From NCBI GenBank assembly GCA_964016885.1, contig OZ024740.1, forward strand, positions 129,952,001 through 130,016,000: a stretch of DNA of 64,000 nt, in the 5' to 3' direction. Every line of letters begins with the position of its first letter. Within the stretch, counting starts at the first letter, position 1. Made by a program: the position numbers and the translations under genes. This DNA is from Eledone cirrhosa. Taxonomy: Eukaryota. Shown here piece by piece: positions 1 to 14,699 of this stretch. The notes below the pieces were generated by a model. That model was not told where the DNA came from and ran no database searches. It saw only the letters and a list, made by a program, of their open reading frames with translations.

Positions 1-1657
1 TTTTTTGTTCCTTATTCTCACTTTTTATCAGTATATTTGATCTTCATTTAACACATATCATATGCAACTTTGTTTGTGTAGCTGTATGTGTTTATGTATA
101 AGTCTACTGGAGTGTGTATGTACAACAGCGGACATAGGTCTAATATGTGTTTAATTGGAATTCGTAATTTCTGTGAAATTCATTTAGTAAATTTTAATAA
201 ATAATATAATGTATTATATTTTGGGGTTGCCTTAATATACCTCGAAATGTATATTTATATAAAAATGATTCTTTAATTGACATGCAGAAACGTAAATCTA
301 AGTAATATAATTGCGTACTTTTAATCATTTAATTGAAAGCATAAATACTTATGTGTCATTAGAAACCAACGATAAACTTACATGCATCAGAATTATTAAT
401 GAGTATTATGCTAAAGAAGTTTCAACGTAAACGTAATTCCACAAACAGTAAGATGAAGCGAATCTTCTCATTACTTGATTAATCCGAAATAAATAATGTG
501 ATTGGGGAGATGCCCAGTCGTTATAGAGAGAGGTAAAATCCCTACAGCGGCGTCAAAAGTGTTGTGCGTTCAGCAAATTCGTTCAAGGGTGTACACCTTT
601 TTTGTGCGTTTATAAAAATAGGTCACTATTCATGGTATTAGCTTGGTCAAATTTAATATTCTGGTCAGCTTGGCTGATGGGGAATTTGGTATGTGTATCA
701 AGACAGGCTAGCGGTCAGGATAATGAATTAACGTGGAATAAGGTTTTAGGGGTGGAATGAAGGAGGAGGTGAATTATGGTCGTAAGAGTGGGAAGTAGTG
801 GTGTGTTTTAGGGAGTGAGTTTTAAGACTATGTACAGACAAATTTAAGAAGTTGAAGGAATATGTTTAAGAAAAGAGTAAAAAAAATGAGTTATATTATA
901 GTAAATGAACAAATATATGAGACACATTTTACCATAAGTTACCCTCCCATATTATCTATTTTCATCTATTTTTAAACACTTAATTTTACTTGATATTATT
1001 TTATTTTATTTTATTCTATTCACTCGTTTATTTACTAATTTATTTAACAATGTGCATATCTGGAATCTCCCGTTGCGTGAAATCAATCAATAGTATTTGA
1101 TGCTATTATTGCAAGTTATTTATTTTAAATTTCTTCCTGTAAATCAGTACCATACTTTTTCCATCAGTGATTTGAATTAATATAGATATTTTGGGATATT
1201 ATATGTTTTCTATATACACAAACAATCACGTTCACACACACATACGCATACACACACAAACACGAACTCAGAAATCGTGAGTTATGATGCAAATGTGACT
1301 TGCTGGTGTTCATTCGTTCGAAATGACTAGGGTTCTGGTGACGGAGATGATAAATTCAAAGGTTTACATCCCAAAAAAAGAATATATTCACGTTGTATTT
1401 ACTCTGTCAAAAGAGTTAATTCAATGTTATTTAGAAACATTTTCCACACGGTGTTCATAGCAAAAAGATAGGTTTTGAATTTTCTAGAAGTATGTTAATG
1501 CAGATTTTCTTAAGATTGATATATTCAAATAAAAGCTCAATGGGTTGATTCATTGATTCAATTTCAAAATATTTATGTCTGGAGATATTAACCTGAAGAA
1601 AGAACTAAGACATACATCTTTTTTCTGGTTACGGCTAACATATTTAATTATTGGATA

Positions 1658-1713
<56 letters not shown>

Positions 1714-2009
1714 CGCAATTAACTTCTATATCACTGCATACAGAAAATATTTCTCCATCTATCGGGTTTCAACCATTGCCGATTAGAATATATTGAGTAT
1801 CATATAGGACACCTGTTTCAGTTTTTAAAAGAAAATACACATGTAAAAATCCAGGGATAATTTATAGAAATGCCACCATATAGATGAAACGTTGAGGCAT
1901 GTATTACGTTTATCTGACGAGAAAGATTTTTTTTTATCACACAAAGATATTAACTAAACTGAAAACACTAATGTTATTTGGAGCACCTTATTTAATATGC
2001 CGTATTTAC

Positions 2010-2100
2010 CAATCCAGTTCTTTAAGGATATTCCCTTGCACAAGGCTGGATATAAAGCTGCCATATTTGAAACTGCTGAAGTTTTCATCTGAAGATATTT
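2010..2100 (-). other. Candidate 91-nt host exon (unverified)
   Basis: Acceptor tttacgattccgttttcag and donor TG|gtaaat. One open frame reads KYLQMKTSAVSNMAALYPALCKGISLKNWI. No homology recognised. Confidence 0.2.
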
Positions 2101-2280
2101 CTGAAAACGGAATCGTAAATATAGGATCAGTGTTGTCAGTGTTGATCAAAATTTGCTGAATGCGCGGTCAGTCTCTAATAGGGAATACTTTTTGTTGAAC
2201 TCTGACTTTCATTTATATCCTACTGATAAGACATATTTTGGCATTTCCTTTAAATTCACCTAAATGGATTCCAGTGTTAA

Positions 2281-2917
2281 CTAGCAGTGGTACCCGGCGT
2301 TGCACGGGATAATGTATTTTCGAACGCGGGCCGCCAACAGACTTAATCGTGGAAAAACTGCATGCCAGGACAATATGTAAAGAAAATAAACCGAATACTC
2401 TGATGGCTGGATAATCTTTAAGATTTTCCTCGATGAAGAAGGAAAAATGCAGGTTTTCACCTAATGCGGGCCCTAGGGGATCAAGAAAATGAATTTGTTT
2501 ATGTGCATAATATGCCTTGAAATTTCGGGAAAATCGGCTAGACGTAACGCCTCTAAAAAGCCCTAATAAGCTGAAAGAAAGAAGTTTTTCACCTAATGCG
2601 TGCCCTAGGCCATATTAAAAGTTGGACTTTCTTTCCTCATGGTATGAAGAAGAAACTGACTAATAGATAGTTATAATTTCAAGGAAATCGGTCTGACGTA
2701 ACCCCTCAAAAAAAACCTAAAATCTTAAAAAACGCAGTTTTTCACCTAATGCAGTCCCTAGGGCATTGAGAATTTGAATTTTGTTTGGCTCAAAACAGTC
2801 CCGGAAACATATGTATTACATGTGTAAAGATTGAAAAGAATCGGTAGGGTGTTTCTCGAGTTTTAGGGATTCAAACTCACACACCCACAGACAGACATCA
2901 TCAGTTTTATATATAGA
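2281..2917 (-). mobile_element. Non-autonomous Helitron
   Basis: Minus strand reads A|TCTATATATAAAA...(CTGT)n...hairpin CCCGTGCAACGCCGGG...CTAG|T. This gives a 5' TC, a 3' CTAG, a subterminal hairpin and an A|T insertion site. Three internal degenerate repeats carry TTTTCACCTAATGC (about 2453, 2585, 2739). Confidence 0.75.
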
Positions 2918-4652
2918 TAATACACGGCGTTCTTCAATGAGTATGTGATTTCGATTTTGCATCAATCTGTTACACATTAATCCATTTGAACAATACTATA
3001 CAATGTTGTTTCTAACCACGACAAAGTTCGATATATTGAGAGCTTGTTTTTTTTCATTTCTCATTCGCATATATATTATGTGACAGACTTTTCCCTGTAG
3101 CTCAGTAATATATTCAAACTTTCCGTAAAATATTTTGCTGATTTCAATGTATCTACACTAAGCTTAAACACAGGAACCTTTCACTTTAGTTTTGACCTCT
3201 ACGTTTTAATTGTGTATTTGAAATATATTGGGTGAAATAAAAATTCGAAATTGGGGTCTGAAAAAGTTAGAATTCTGTAACTAATAGTGAAAATATTTTC
3301 CAGATGATTGACATTTTGATACATATTCATATAAATAATATAAGCAGGTACAGAAATAAATAGACATTTGTTCTAGAAGAGAAAATGTCTTATTAATTTT
3401 TAAATGCCTTTACTAGCTGAATTGAACGTACATTAGCCAGGAACCAGCACTACATAATCCTATCCAACTACTACACATTTAACGTCTGCCTTGCCCAGGA
3501 TATCAATAACATTAAGTTATTATGAACCCTCTTACGTGATAAAATCCTCATTTAATAGTTTTCGCATTTAAGGGAATATTTTCCTCCGTAGACTTATATT
3601 AACATCGTTTCTTATATCTCTAAGAATAAATACATTATGATATTTTATTTCATAGCAACAGTGGTTGTAAATCATTCAAACTATACTAAAAAGCAGATAG
3701 GCATTGTACATCATAAGACACTTTGAAATTCACGTAACGATATCTATGATATATAGAAATTGGATTAGAGGCATCTTGTTCAAGAACAGAATACAGAGCA
3801 CTAAATGTGCATATAACATCACTAAATATAAACACTATATACTCCCGGGAATAATAATATCTATTTAAAGCTTAAATACAATCACGGTTGTAATGATCAA
3901 TAGTGTCAGGTCATTTGGTTATGTACTTAGAATGCACTGAAATAAAATGTTACAAAATAGTGAATGACTCTACGTAATGCAATTGTAAACTGCAAACGCT
4001 GTTCTAAATCTTAAACTGACTCTCTTTTCCGACAAGTATGGAATATATGTCATATATTAGTTTATTCATCTAATTGTTTTTACTTGCAAAGTTTTCGGAT
4101 TATTTTCTTTGCTTAGGGGCAATTAGATCGATTATTTTAATGTCGGCCATATTTAATGTAAGCAAAAATTCCTTGTCAGTTATGTATTGTATGTGAGAAG
4201 ATGTTAGAATCTAGCAAATCTAAGTTTCCTTCTCGAACCATTCCTTTATACACAATATCTCTACCTTATACTAAATGTAACACTTTTTCTTTCCTTCTGC
4301 CTCCTAATCAATTGATATTTTTCTCTGTAAATCAGTTGGCATTTTCTAAAAGAATATAAAGTAAAAGTAACGATGCTTCATATATAACTATTTCTACATT
4401 CAAAATTAGAATTTGAATTGCAACATTAGGTATATAACGTAGACTCCCCATTCTCCAGTGTAGAAGCTATATTTAATACACTCTAAACGAAGATGTGTCC
4501 CTGAGAATTGTTTCATATGAAATTGAATATAAAATTATTAAAGATTTGTTATCATATTTCCAGAATATACATAGACACACACAAACAAATAGAATGTCAC
4601 GCACATACACACACATACACATACACACACATACGCATACACACCCACACAC

Positions 4653-4702
<50 letters not shown>

Positions 4703-5022
4703 ATACACCCCCCCCCCCCCACACACACACACACCAAAGTACTTCAAGTCATAGTTTGAGTCCAACTCCATATTCTGTCAAAATTATAAGTGCCAGGGAT
4801 GTTATAAACTAGAGGTGCATACGTTTTGTCATGTCCACTGTATATTGGTAAAAGGATTTCTGGGCCACGATATAAATGATCGTTTTTTGAGCTATGTGTA
4901 TCACCGAAACAAACTCCAAGACAGATGGAAAGATTGAAAGATAGAAAGACAAATAGATTGGTAGATAGATAGATAATTAGATATATAGATAGATGGATAG
5001 GTGGATAGATAGATGGGTAGAT

Positions 5023-5289
5023 ATGTTTCTTTATTAACCACAGGGGCACAAAAAAGGGGACAAATACAAAGGGGTAAGTTTACATACAATAAAAGCGTGT
5101 AAAATGCGATCACAAATGTAATTTAAAAACTAATAGATGTTCCCCAATAGGGGGAGACAGTTCATATGGGTAATACATACCCCCGAAAAAATGTGCAACC
5201 CTCATCTCCAGGAGTACGAAGAGTTTGTACCCCTTTCCTCTCTTCCTCTTTTTCCTCAACCAACAGGCTGATATAGAGAGAAGGCCCAT
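5023..5289 (-). mobile_element. 5'-truncated L1/Tx1-type LINE 3' end in (GATA)n
   Basis: Similar to the ORF end and 3' UTR of the copies at 59914 and 61310 (AGAGAAGGCCCAT, CCCCGAAAAAATGTGCAACCC, GGGACAAATACAAAGGGG, TTCTTTATT). GATA repeats on both sides. Confidence 0.8.
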
Positions 5290-7189
5290 AGACAGATAGA
5301 TAGATAGATAGGTTGGTATAGGGAGAGATAGATAGATAAACAGATTGAGAGCAAGTGAAAGAAATAGAGAAATATCGAGAAAGACATGGAGAGAAAAGAC
5401 AAACAACTAACAATTGACTGGGTCAGGGACAGACAAATTTGCCACAGTAATTGCTTTGCGTTTCATTTATCTATGAGTTGAAAGGCAAAACACGCATCGT
5501 TTTGATTTTGAATTTCTCGTATAGATCAGACACCATGATCTTTATGTCACACATTTAAACTATTCAGTAGATGCATAGATGTTTAGTGTCCCTCATCTTC
5601 ATGGTCTAGTTTAGGTTATTATACAGAATATGACTATTATCTCATGTATACCGGAATCATGGGGTGCACAATCGTAATGTATGGGATCAGCTCTGACTGT
5701 AAAATTAATGCAGTCACTTGAATTATTTTTCGTCACGAATGTATTACATAATTTATCAATATATGCAATAGTGTCAGAAATTCGAAATTGCTTGTAACAT
5801 TCATCGATGAGAACAGGATTGGTAACAAGTTATCAGTATCCATATCTCGTGTCAGCATAGCTAACGCGAATGTATGCATTCGAAAATCCCGAGTACAGAT
5901 TAACACTCTAAGTTTTCAGTCCCTGTTTATTTACTACTAATGGACAGCAATCAATATATCTCTTGTAAGTTCTGATAGTTATTCACATCAACAATTTTAT
6001 ATATCTGCATGCTATATTGTGTCGCATTCTGATGGATGAGAACAACCGTCATGTCGAACAATTTCATAGCACACGAATGTTTGCATCCCAATACTTATGA
6101 GAACAAGGTTAGATATTCATATTTGAGACCTCTTTGATGAGGTCCCCTACTAATGAGCTTTCATCCCTGTTGAAATCAACATCAACTGTTTGAGCGATGC
6201 TTTACTCCCATTCTCTGTCACTTCGATTTCTGACGTCCTGTGGTTACGCATTATTCCTGCCCATATTGAAGGAGTTGCGGGTGTATTTACACAACTATGA
6301 ATCCTGTTTTTCCCCAGAGTTTTCATTCTACTTTATAATTCTCGTTTAATAGATGAACGATCTTTCATTCATTTGAAACAACAATTAACTCCTATACAGC
6401 CTTACCGTCTATTCTGCACCCATGTGTCATTGAAATGCAGCATAGACACTTTATGATAAATCTGCAATACCTCTATGGAGAGGATTCTTAAATACATTTT
6501 CGGAAATTGCCATACCAACGTTAACTATTTTTGTTGCAAAATGTAACAAAAATTGAATACAATAGGGAACTATGGCCACCAGGGATCTCATCAGATGCAT
6601 GATCATCCTCAATATCGTAAGTAATTTATCTGAAACTTTTGCATTTCTCTATATCACAAAAAATATACTTTATCATCAAAGACTCCAAAGTTTATGTGAG
6701 TCAAATATGTGGTGCAACTTTAACATCTGAATTTGGTTTCACACTTTGTATAACGACATTTTAAACTAAAAGAAAACCCTCAATGGGACAGATTATCAAG
6801 ATGTTCGTTCAGATACATGGTTTCCTTCTAGCTACAGATCCGACTATTGAATTATAATCTACGTGAGTTGTTATCGTTTTACATCCATAGAACTTCATAA
6901 TCAATCATGGAATTATTATCATGAGAACCGATGGGAACTTCAGGGAATGTCAGTGAGGATTTTTTATGCCAAAGGATCCCTTGACAATAGATAATCATCC
7001 ACATTATATTGGGTCTAATAAATATTTTCAAGGTAAATATATATTTGATTCTTTTTATTTTCATATCTCTTCCACATAACTTTGTTCCTTCATCTGATTT
7101 TCTTCCTATAATATTTCCAACGTCACATGCATTGTAACAGCTTCCAAATTACTTTAATATTCCAACTTGCTTATAACAAATTACAACAC

Positions 7190-7241
<52 letters not shown>

Positions 7242-7242
7242 C

Positions 7243-7432
7243 ACAATGTATTAACAAATGGAAACTATAATGGAAACTATAAAGGAAACTATAATGAAAT
7301 AAATATGGTTTTATAAATAAAGTTTCAATTTGTTAATATATTGTATATTTACTCCAATAATTTGTTGAGTGCTTTATATCAGTTATAAAAATATTTAGCT
7401 TGTTGTATCCCAACAAATTAAATATAACCTCT
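7243..7432. mobile_element. PLE pLTR stub, family D (short hairpin plus extension) in (TA)n
   Basis: Matches the terminal segments at 21070-21192, 50893-51030 (inverted) and 54853-54892. Short inverted repeat 7243-7269 / 7318-7344. Confidence 0.7.
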
Positions 7433-7449
7433 ACACATATATATATATC

Positions 7450-7592
<143 letters not shown>

Positions 7593-10239
7593 CTAAAAAA
7601 CTTTAAAAAATCATATATATATATATATATATATATATGATTTTTTTAGTTGATTCTATTGACTAGAGAATAGCTTTTGTTAACTTTAAAACCACTTTGT
7701 TGAGAACTTAATTCGTTTTGTGACATTTTGCAATTTTGCAATATTACACACACTCAATTCATCCGCCAAAAATAAGGGTTGCCTCACTTGTCGAGCCCCA
7801 CGTCGGTATTGGTAACGGTCAATCCTTGGCCTGGCACTTGAACTAAAACCTGTTGAGAAAGTGACTTCCTTGTTCAATCGTCTTACCAAAAGCTTAACAT
7901 TATTGGTCTAAGCGGAGAGTACTTGTTTGAGGAGTCCCAGAAACCCAAATGCTGGATTTTCAACCACCATCCAGGGGTCCGGGTAAATGTTTCAATCAAA
8001 TTTTTTCATTTGTTTGAACCGAATTACTTGGTCGTTTCTATGGCTGTGCGGATAATGGTCTAACCATCGTCTCAGTGTGTTTGTCCTTTTAACGAATGTT
8101 ACAACATACGTTAAAAGGACTGGTTCGTTAGAATCTATTGTGCGCTTGCCACACATCTCGGAAGTTGTTTTTCGCCCCTAATAGCCGAAATACGATTCTC
8201 GCTAATTTATATATATAAACAGATACAAAAGATGTCAATTTATTATAAGCAGAGTCAATTAGCTACATATTATTTACGATATAATCCATTCATTTCTAGT
8301 GTTTCTGAGTTTAGTTATCTTGCGTTTACAAAAAAGAACATTTCAGTAGGCATTTTTGGTCAGATGAAATATTTTCTTCTCATAGTAACAACACACCAAT
8401 GACTGAAATATTATCATGTATTGTTATCTCATCAAGAAAATATAGAGCAACATATAGAGCAAAATATAACCTAAATTTGGAACACATCTCCCGTGGGATA
8501 TAAGCTATAGGTGTCATAACCTCTATGAAAGAATAATAAGTTATTGATTTCTCTTAGTAGATGTTACAATGATAGTTTTGTACAGAGCTTACCGCAAATA
8601 TGATACCCTATCATACTATTGTAACTATTTTGTCACAGAGAAGGTTTTCGATTTAATCTAATTTGTAAGAATTACGACTATATATTAGTTATCAGAAACG
8701 GATATATTTTGATATGTCACTGTTGTTGCGACAGCCACTATTAAGGCAATTATTGTTGTATAGATATATTTAACTACAGCAAATAAGTTTCCGAATGTAA
8801 CCCTGAGTCGTAGACATGTTTCAATATACTACGTATCAAACATTCATTAAGTATATGACCTCTGTAATATATGTAAATCTAAACTATAATAAAGGAAGGT
8901 CTACGGTTTATTTTTATTTTATCCCGTTAGTAAAATATGTTGGATTACTTTGAATAAATAATGAATGAATATTACATAATGCATGTACAACATTTCGTAA
9001 ACAAAAATAATTTCGTAAAAATAAATAATTTAAAATTGACTTCTTTTCAAAGTTGCACTTCCGGTATATCGTTGCCACCACCACCACTCAAATACCATAT
9101 ATATAGAAAGAGAGAATGTGTGATGTCAACCCTTCTGGTGGCGATTTGATTTGCTGTATCGTATCTACATGTATATATACTTGCGTATAATATCAACATA
9201 CACACTACATTCTACACCCGAAGGGTGGTTTTTCTGTTAGTAAATATAATGTTCTCCCCGCATTGACGTGTATGTGCTGACAATTCGTATATTATTTTGG
9301 AATTCACCGTTTTCCATCGCATTTTTCTCATAACGTATTACTAGTTTCCATCTTATAAACGATGCTCATGAAATAATAATAAAAATATGAATTAAGAAAT
9401 AGATAATATTGGGAATGAACATAACATATCAGATTTACTGCATCAATCTCTCTCAATCTTTACTTAATTGTTTATTCCTTAAACTCTCATTCATCGAAAT
9501 CTGTTTATTTTAATGAATCAGTATATGGAAGCATCTTGGCGTCAATGTAGAAGATGAAATGTTTGGTGCAGTTAGGAGAGATTATAATACTTATCGCATC
9601 ACCTTTATCTTGTTTGTACACCTGTCCTGTAAGAAAGTCGTTTACCATCAACAAATGATCGTCTAGAGTAAAAAAGGGAGATGTGGTGTTGGATGAATGG
9701 GGCCTCGGTTGAGAAAAAATTAAAGAGCTTAGATGTTATCCTTGCGGGGATACTGTATGCTCGCAGGAAAACGAAAATGGTAACGGTAGGAAAAGATGCG
9801 ATGTCCTTATGACGTCCTGAATGTGGAAACGACGGAAGCATAAAACGATATCAGCGTACGTTGGAAGTATTACATTTGTTCAGGTGCAGGGAGCAGTTCT
9901 CTAAGGAAAAAAATAGGGATAGGTCTAAAATCTAGCTCTCTTCTCTTTCTCCTAGAATGTCCAAACTAATGTAGGAAACGCACGTTTCATTTGCCTGAAG
10001 GTCAACTTTCTCAAGCTAGTTGAGGACCAGAATTTGTTATTTAGCGGAATGTAGATATGTGAGTGACCGAAATGAAGGTAACAAGTGAAGAATAGTTAGA
10101 GAGACGTAGAAAGTAATTTGGGGGCCAAAGAGGAAAACACTCTCTCAGTTTTAATTGCTATGTCCATCCGTTCCATGAGAATAAATGCTAAAAACTATAA
10201 GAAAATGGGAAATATTTAATGAAATAGATTATCATAATT

Positions 10240-11290
10240 CGTAAAAATCGGATGGGTCGCATCGTTAGCATAGTTCCAGGCACGTACTCAATGGACTATC
10301 TTTATTTTGCAGATTATTCAATATCCAACATATTTTTTATTGCGTAATCTGTAAACTTTTTGTCCATTTAATATATGGTCGATATTGTTCGAGTATCCTC
10401 CATTTAAGAATGTGAAGTCTATATAGTTGTCGTTTAGTTGACATATTTTATTCGCCAAAATGTTGGCTTTTCATTTATTAGTGTATCTGAAGAGTTTTTC
10501 ATGAATAAGGGAGGAAACGGTTTTTAAAGCGACTCTACATGCCAATATATGTCCAGGTTTCCTTTTAGTGGTGTTGATTCAATAAAGAGAATTCAGTTTA
10601 TTATATTAACGCTTGGGTGTTGCATTTCTGTTTCGGCTGGCAAGTCTCTGGATTTTACATACGGTGGCTTGAAATCACTTGGTATGTACGTCTTGGACGG
10701 AAGTGTGCATGCATGAGAGCTAATATTTTGGTTTTCAACACTAGTTTTGACATTGAAGGTGAACTAGATTTTAGAAATATTCCTAATTATGTTTGCCTTA
10801 GTTTAGGGATTTTGTCTAGAGAGTATGAGTTATTTTGTGAGAAGTCACTGTTGCGTAACTCGGTATTATAGTATGGCGCTGCACTAAAGAATATAGCTTG
10901 GTCTGAAGCTAGGGAATAGATTCGTTTGCTAATATATTCTTAAGTAAACATGTGAAGATTATAGGGTATGGCAGGTTCCTATGTATGTACATCACGTGTT
11001 CTCTAGGCTTATGGTAGGGGTTATGCATGTGTGCACGTAGATTGAAATCTAAAGGATTAACACTTTGGTTGGTGGATACGTTAATTTACAGTCATAGATC
11101 CATAAATGTGGAGATGAGAGACTTCCTAAAAGACAAGATATTATGACTGTTTTTGTTGCACGAAAGGGCTAGGAAATCGTTGTGGCATAAACATGCCTTG
11201 AATTACGAGAATTTGGTGCGTAAAGGATCCAGGATAAAAATGATTCAACAAATCTCAAATAATCGCGGTATCAATGACCTCATATATACT
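10240..11290 (-). pseudogene. Degenerate Naiad-like PLE RT-thumb/GIY-YIG remnant
   Basis: Minus-strand peptides VNPLDFNLRAHMHNPYHKPREHVMYIH, ISKRIYSLASDQAIFFSAAPYYNTELRNS and PLKGN..TYIGM*SRFKNRF align by eye to the 40925-42517 ORF (VNFLDITLDLATGIYQPYHKPNQNLHYIH; ISLRISNLSSNQDVFDKNATFYNEALDRS). Confidence 0.7.
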
Positions 11291-11899
11291 GTGTGCGCGT
11301 GAGTGTGGCTGTATCAAGAGCTATATATGGAGTGAGAGAAGATTTGCGCAGGTTATCTTCTTCCGCGTATAGATATGATATATTGTATATATTTTTCTCA
11401 AAACATACATGTTCCAATTCATGTAAAAAAGAAGGCAAAATTGTAGAACAGAAAAGAAGCGTTAGAAAATCATCTAATATTTTACATATACATAATACAT
11501 ATGTAAATTTTGCTGTGAGCGGAAATGTCTGTTCGAATCTATCTTACAAATATTGTAAACATTTCTTGTATTATTATATAGGTTAAATTCAATTGAAATA
11601 TTATGAGGAATTCAAGCATGTAATTAATTCGAATTTCATACGCAAATCAACCACATCGAAATGTAGAAGAATACTACTAAATTGCGTGTTAAATTATACT
11701 GATGTTATAATGTATATGTATGCATATGTATTTAATGTTCAGAAGAGGAAAGATACCTTCATATTGCAAGGATATTATATAGTAAAAAATACATTTAAAC
11801 ATTCTAATGTCAATGATAATAAAATATATACGTATTATATAGTATGTGTGTGTACGTGTGTGTGGGGGTGTATATATATATATTCAAAAACACATTAAC

Positions 11900-12554
11900 A
11901 AAGAGGAAACCCGCCTGTCCACACGTTGGGGTAAATGAACACTAGCGAGACCTTCAAGATAGTAAATAATCATCTGTACTCTACCAACATGCTAATATAG
12001 AACACAAGGGTAAATTAGAGAACATAGAAATAAAAACAGAATCTACACACAGAAAAGTCGCAATGTTTAGACAAATTACAGAGGCATTAAACATAAAATA
12101 ATTACAACCAAAATTAAATAGAAAATATGAGTGGAACAGCAACATCATAACTTACAATTAAGGACAAAATGAAAACACACACACATATAGAACAAACAAC
12201 CAACCAGTAACATGTAAATAAACAAATAAATGAATGAACATAAACACACACAGACACTCGGATGTGGCGCATGCGCAGACTGAGCACACAACACACACAC
12301 AGAAACTAAATGGCGTAGGACAGAACAAAGGAGAGGCACAGAAACAAAGAAAGGAATCCCCAGTCACTGAAAAGGTCACAGAGTGTGTGACGAAAGAACT
12401 ATGACAATATATAAACAACTATCTGGTTGTGGAACCAACCAACGAAACAGAAATTTATAAATTTATACATTTATTATAAATTTATTATAATAAATTGAAG
12501 TGAAAGCAACTGGTGCGTGTGTTTCTTATTGGCAACATGACCCTCCCAAAGTAT

Positions 12555-12560
<6 letters not shown>
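11900..12560 (+). mobile_element. 5'-truncated PLE (family B-related): GIY-YIG C-terminus plus pLTR ending in (TA)n
   Basis: About 11970-12160 translates SSVLYQHANIEHKGKLENIEIKTESTHRKVAMFRQITEALNIK*LQPKLNRKYEW, which resembles a PLE endonuclease end. The terminus ATGACCCTCCCAAAGTATAACAA is shared with 21955-21978 and 39459-39481. Confidence 0.7.
12363..12405 (+). ncRNA. Minimal type-I hammerhead motif (core G8>A)
   Basis: GTCA-CTGAAAA-G-GTCACA gagtg TGTGAC-GAAA-GAAC-TA-TGAC. Confidence 0.65.
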
Positions 12561-12610
<50 letters not shown>

Positions 12611-12779
12611 GTGTGTGTGTGTGTGTATGTGTGTGTGTATGTGTGTGTGTATAAACAAACATATAGCCGTTGCTAGCCCAATATATTCCACGCGAGAATA
12701 CTAACTAAATATATATATTCATGTACGTAAAAGTTACCTACGTGAATTGTTTGCCTATGATTTCGTGCACAAAATTATA

Positions 12780-14230
12780 CTCACACTATGGAGGAAATAT
12801 ACCAACAATTTTCATCATTGATACTAAAATCCCACACCAAGCATAGTAGGCCTAAGTAAATATATCTATGACAAACTCAAATTAAATAGAGTTGCGTTTA
12901 ATTTGTTTGCAATGGTTCGTGATATATTAATATATTTAACGGATATTGTAACGAGATGATATACATTGCTAAACAAATGTGCCGAAACGTACCGAGCAAA
13001 TATATGATATACAAATTTACTTGTGTCAGCAAACGATTGGTCATCCAGATCATTATGTTTGATCGTTTTTACTCTACCACAAATTCTAATAGATATTCTA
13101 AAAGTCACAATTTACCCTAATAGAAATTAAACTACCTAAAATCATAGGCCACAAACCATACGTTCTAATATTGTGTATAAGAATAAACTCTACAAAACAT
13201 GTGTTTCATATCAATCCATAAACTATTTTCAGAATGCCCTACCTTGATTTAACTTTATAACGATCAAGTGGAAAATCGAATATATAAACTGGGTATAATA
13301 TAAAACTAAGAATCAGCATTTTGTCAAATGCTGCTTTGTTTCACCAATATTTTAAAGAAATAACATAGTCTAAGAACATTCTGCAGTATATTATACACGT
13401 ACTTCACTTGAAATGTTTTATACGCAGTGTATGAATAAGTATTGATTCGGGAAGCCATTACATGTAACATTAACATAGAAAATATAAAATCCTAAGATAT
13501 TCTAACCACCCTACTATTTTTATGCTGCTTCATGTGATCTTCCTTCGTTCTTGATAGACTTTTCTATCTGGGGATGAATAAATTAAGTTGAAGACCTATG
13601 GTATACAAACCGTATCGAAATATGATTAACAGACATTCAAACATTATCTCCTCAACATAACGTCCTAATATACCTATACCTCAAATTTACAATATGAAAT
13701 TCCACCCATAACTTCTTTCTATATCAGAGAATTTTTCGTTGTCTTATCAGCTTATCTTCAAAACCGGGTAAAGTTCAACAGAGTAAAACCCCGAACTTAG
13801 ATTCGGGTAAATATGAGACACAACAGAAATATACGTTATATGGAAATACGCTAAATAAACAAATGCAGTCTTGACCAAACGAATAATGTCAGACACTGTC
13901 ACACTCAAACATAATTTCCTCCTTCCTCCTATTCTACAGCGACTGCAAGTAACAATCAGAAAATACAAGGATACCTTATTGCACTGTATCCTCAACCTTG
14001 CAGCAGAGAATTACAGGACTTTGATACAACCGTATCCAACATGCGTTTGATAATATCCTTGCCAACATGTTTCTTCAAAGATCTCTTTGTAGCCTACATA
14101 TATGTAGAACCACTCTCCTCACATATACATAATAAATCATAGTATTGATACAATTGTTTTGTTCTTATCATTCACGATACGAACAAAACGTTATATGCAC
14201 CAGATATTAAAGATTCAATTAAGTTAAAAC
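12780..14230 (+). pseudogene. Possible highly degenerate PLE RT remnant
   Basis: Only scattered motif-like peptides (GGNIP..., MFDRFTL, NIVYKNKLYK). Confidence 0.3.
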
Positions 14231-14699
14231 CCCGCACTCTAGAAGTAGGAACTCTCGACGCAGAACTATTCAACGGATCTATTGTTCATTAAGTATTCTA
14301 TGTTAGTACAATATCAATAGGGACATTCACAAATAATACTACCTTGTTGGCCCTTCAAAGTACTTTACAAATGATAGTATACATACATAAATTGTTCTAA
14401 TGAAAGGTCTCACTAGAAATTGACTGGTATTGCTATAATTAATTTAGAATATTATAATAAGCATTGTATAGATCCAACATTCTTTAAATCCAACATACTT
14501 TGGATATGAGGCGTCGCCTGCAACAACAACCAAAGCGTCTCCCATGGAGGAGTCATCCTAGGACTAAAATATCTGTAGCTGAAATGTGACCCTTTCCGCA
14601 TACAGACAATCCTCTCCACATAAGGACTTGAATGGTAACTAGATCGAGAATAATCTCAACCCAAGCTCCCAAAGTTCACTAACAAGACAAAACTCTCTA

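Noticed and set aside
480-900. Possible PLE RT remnant on the minus strand (DFTSLY-like)
   Set aside because: One short motif only, which is too little support.
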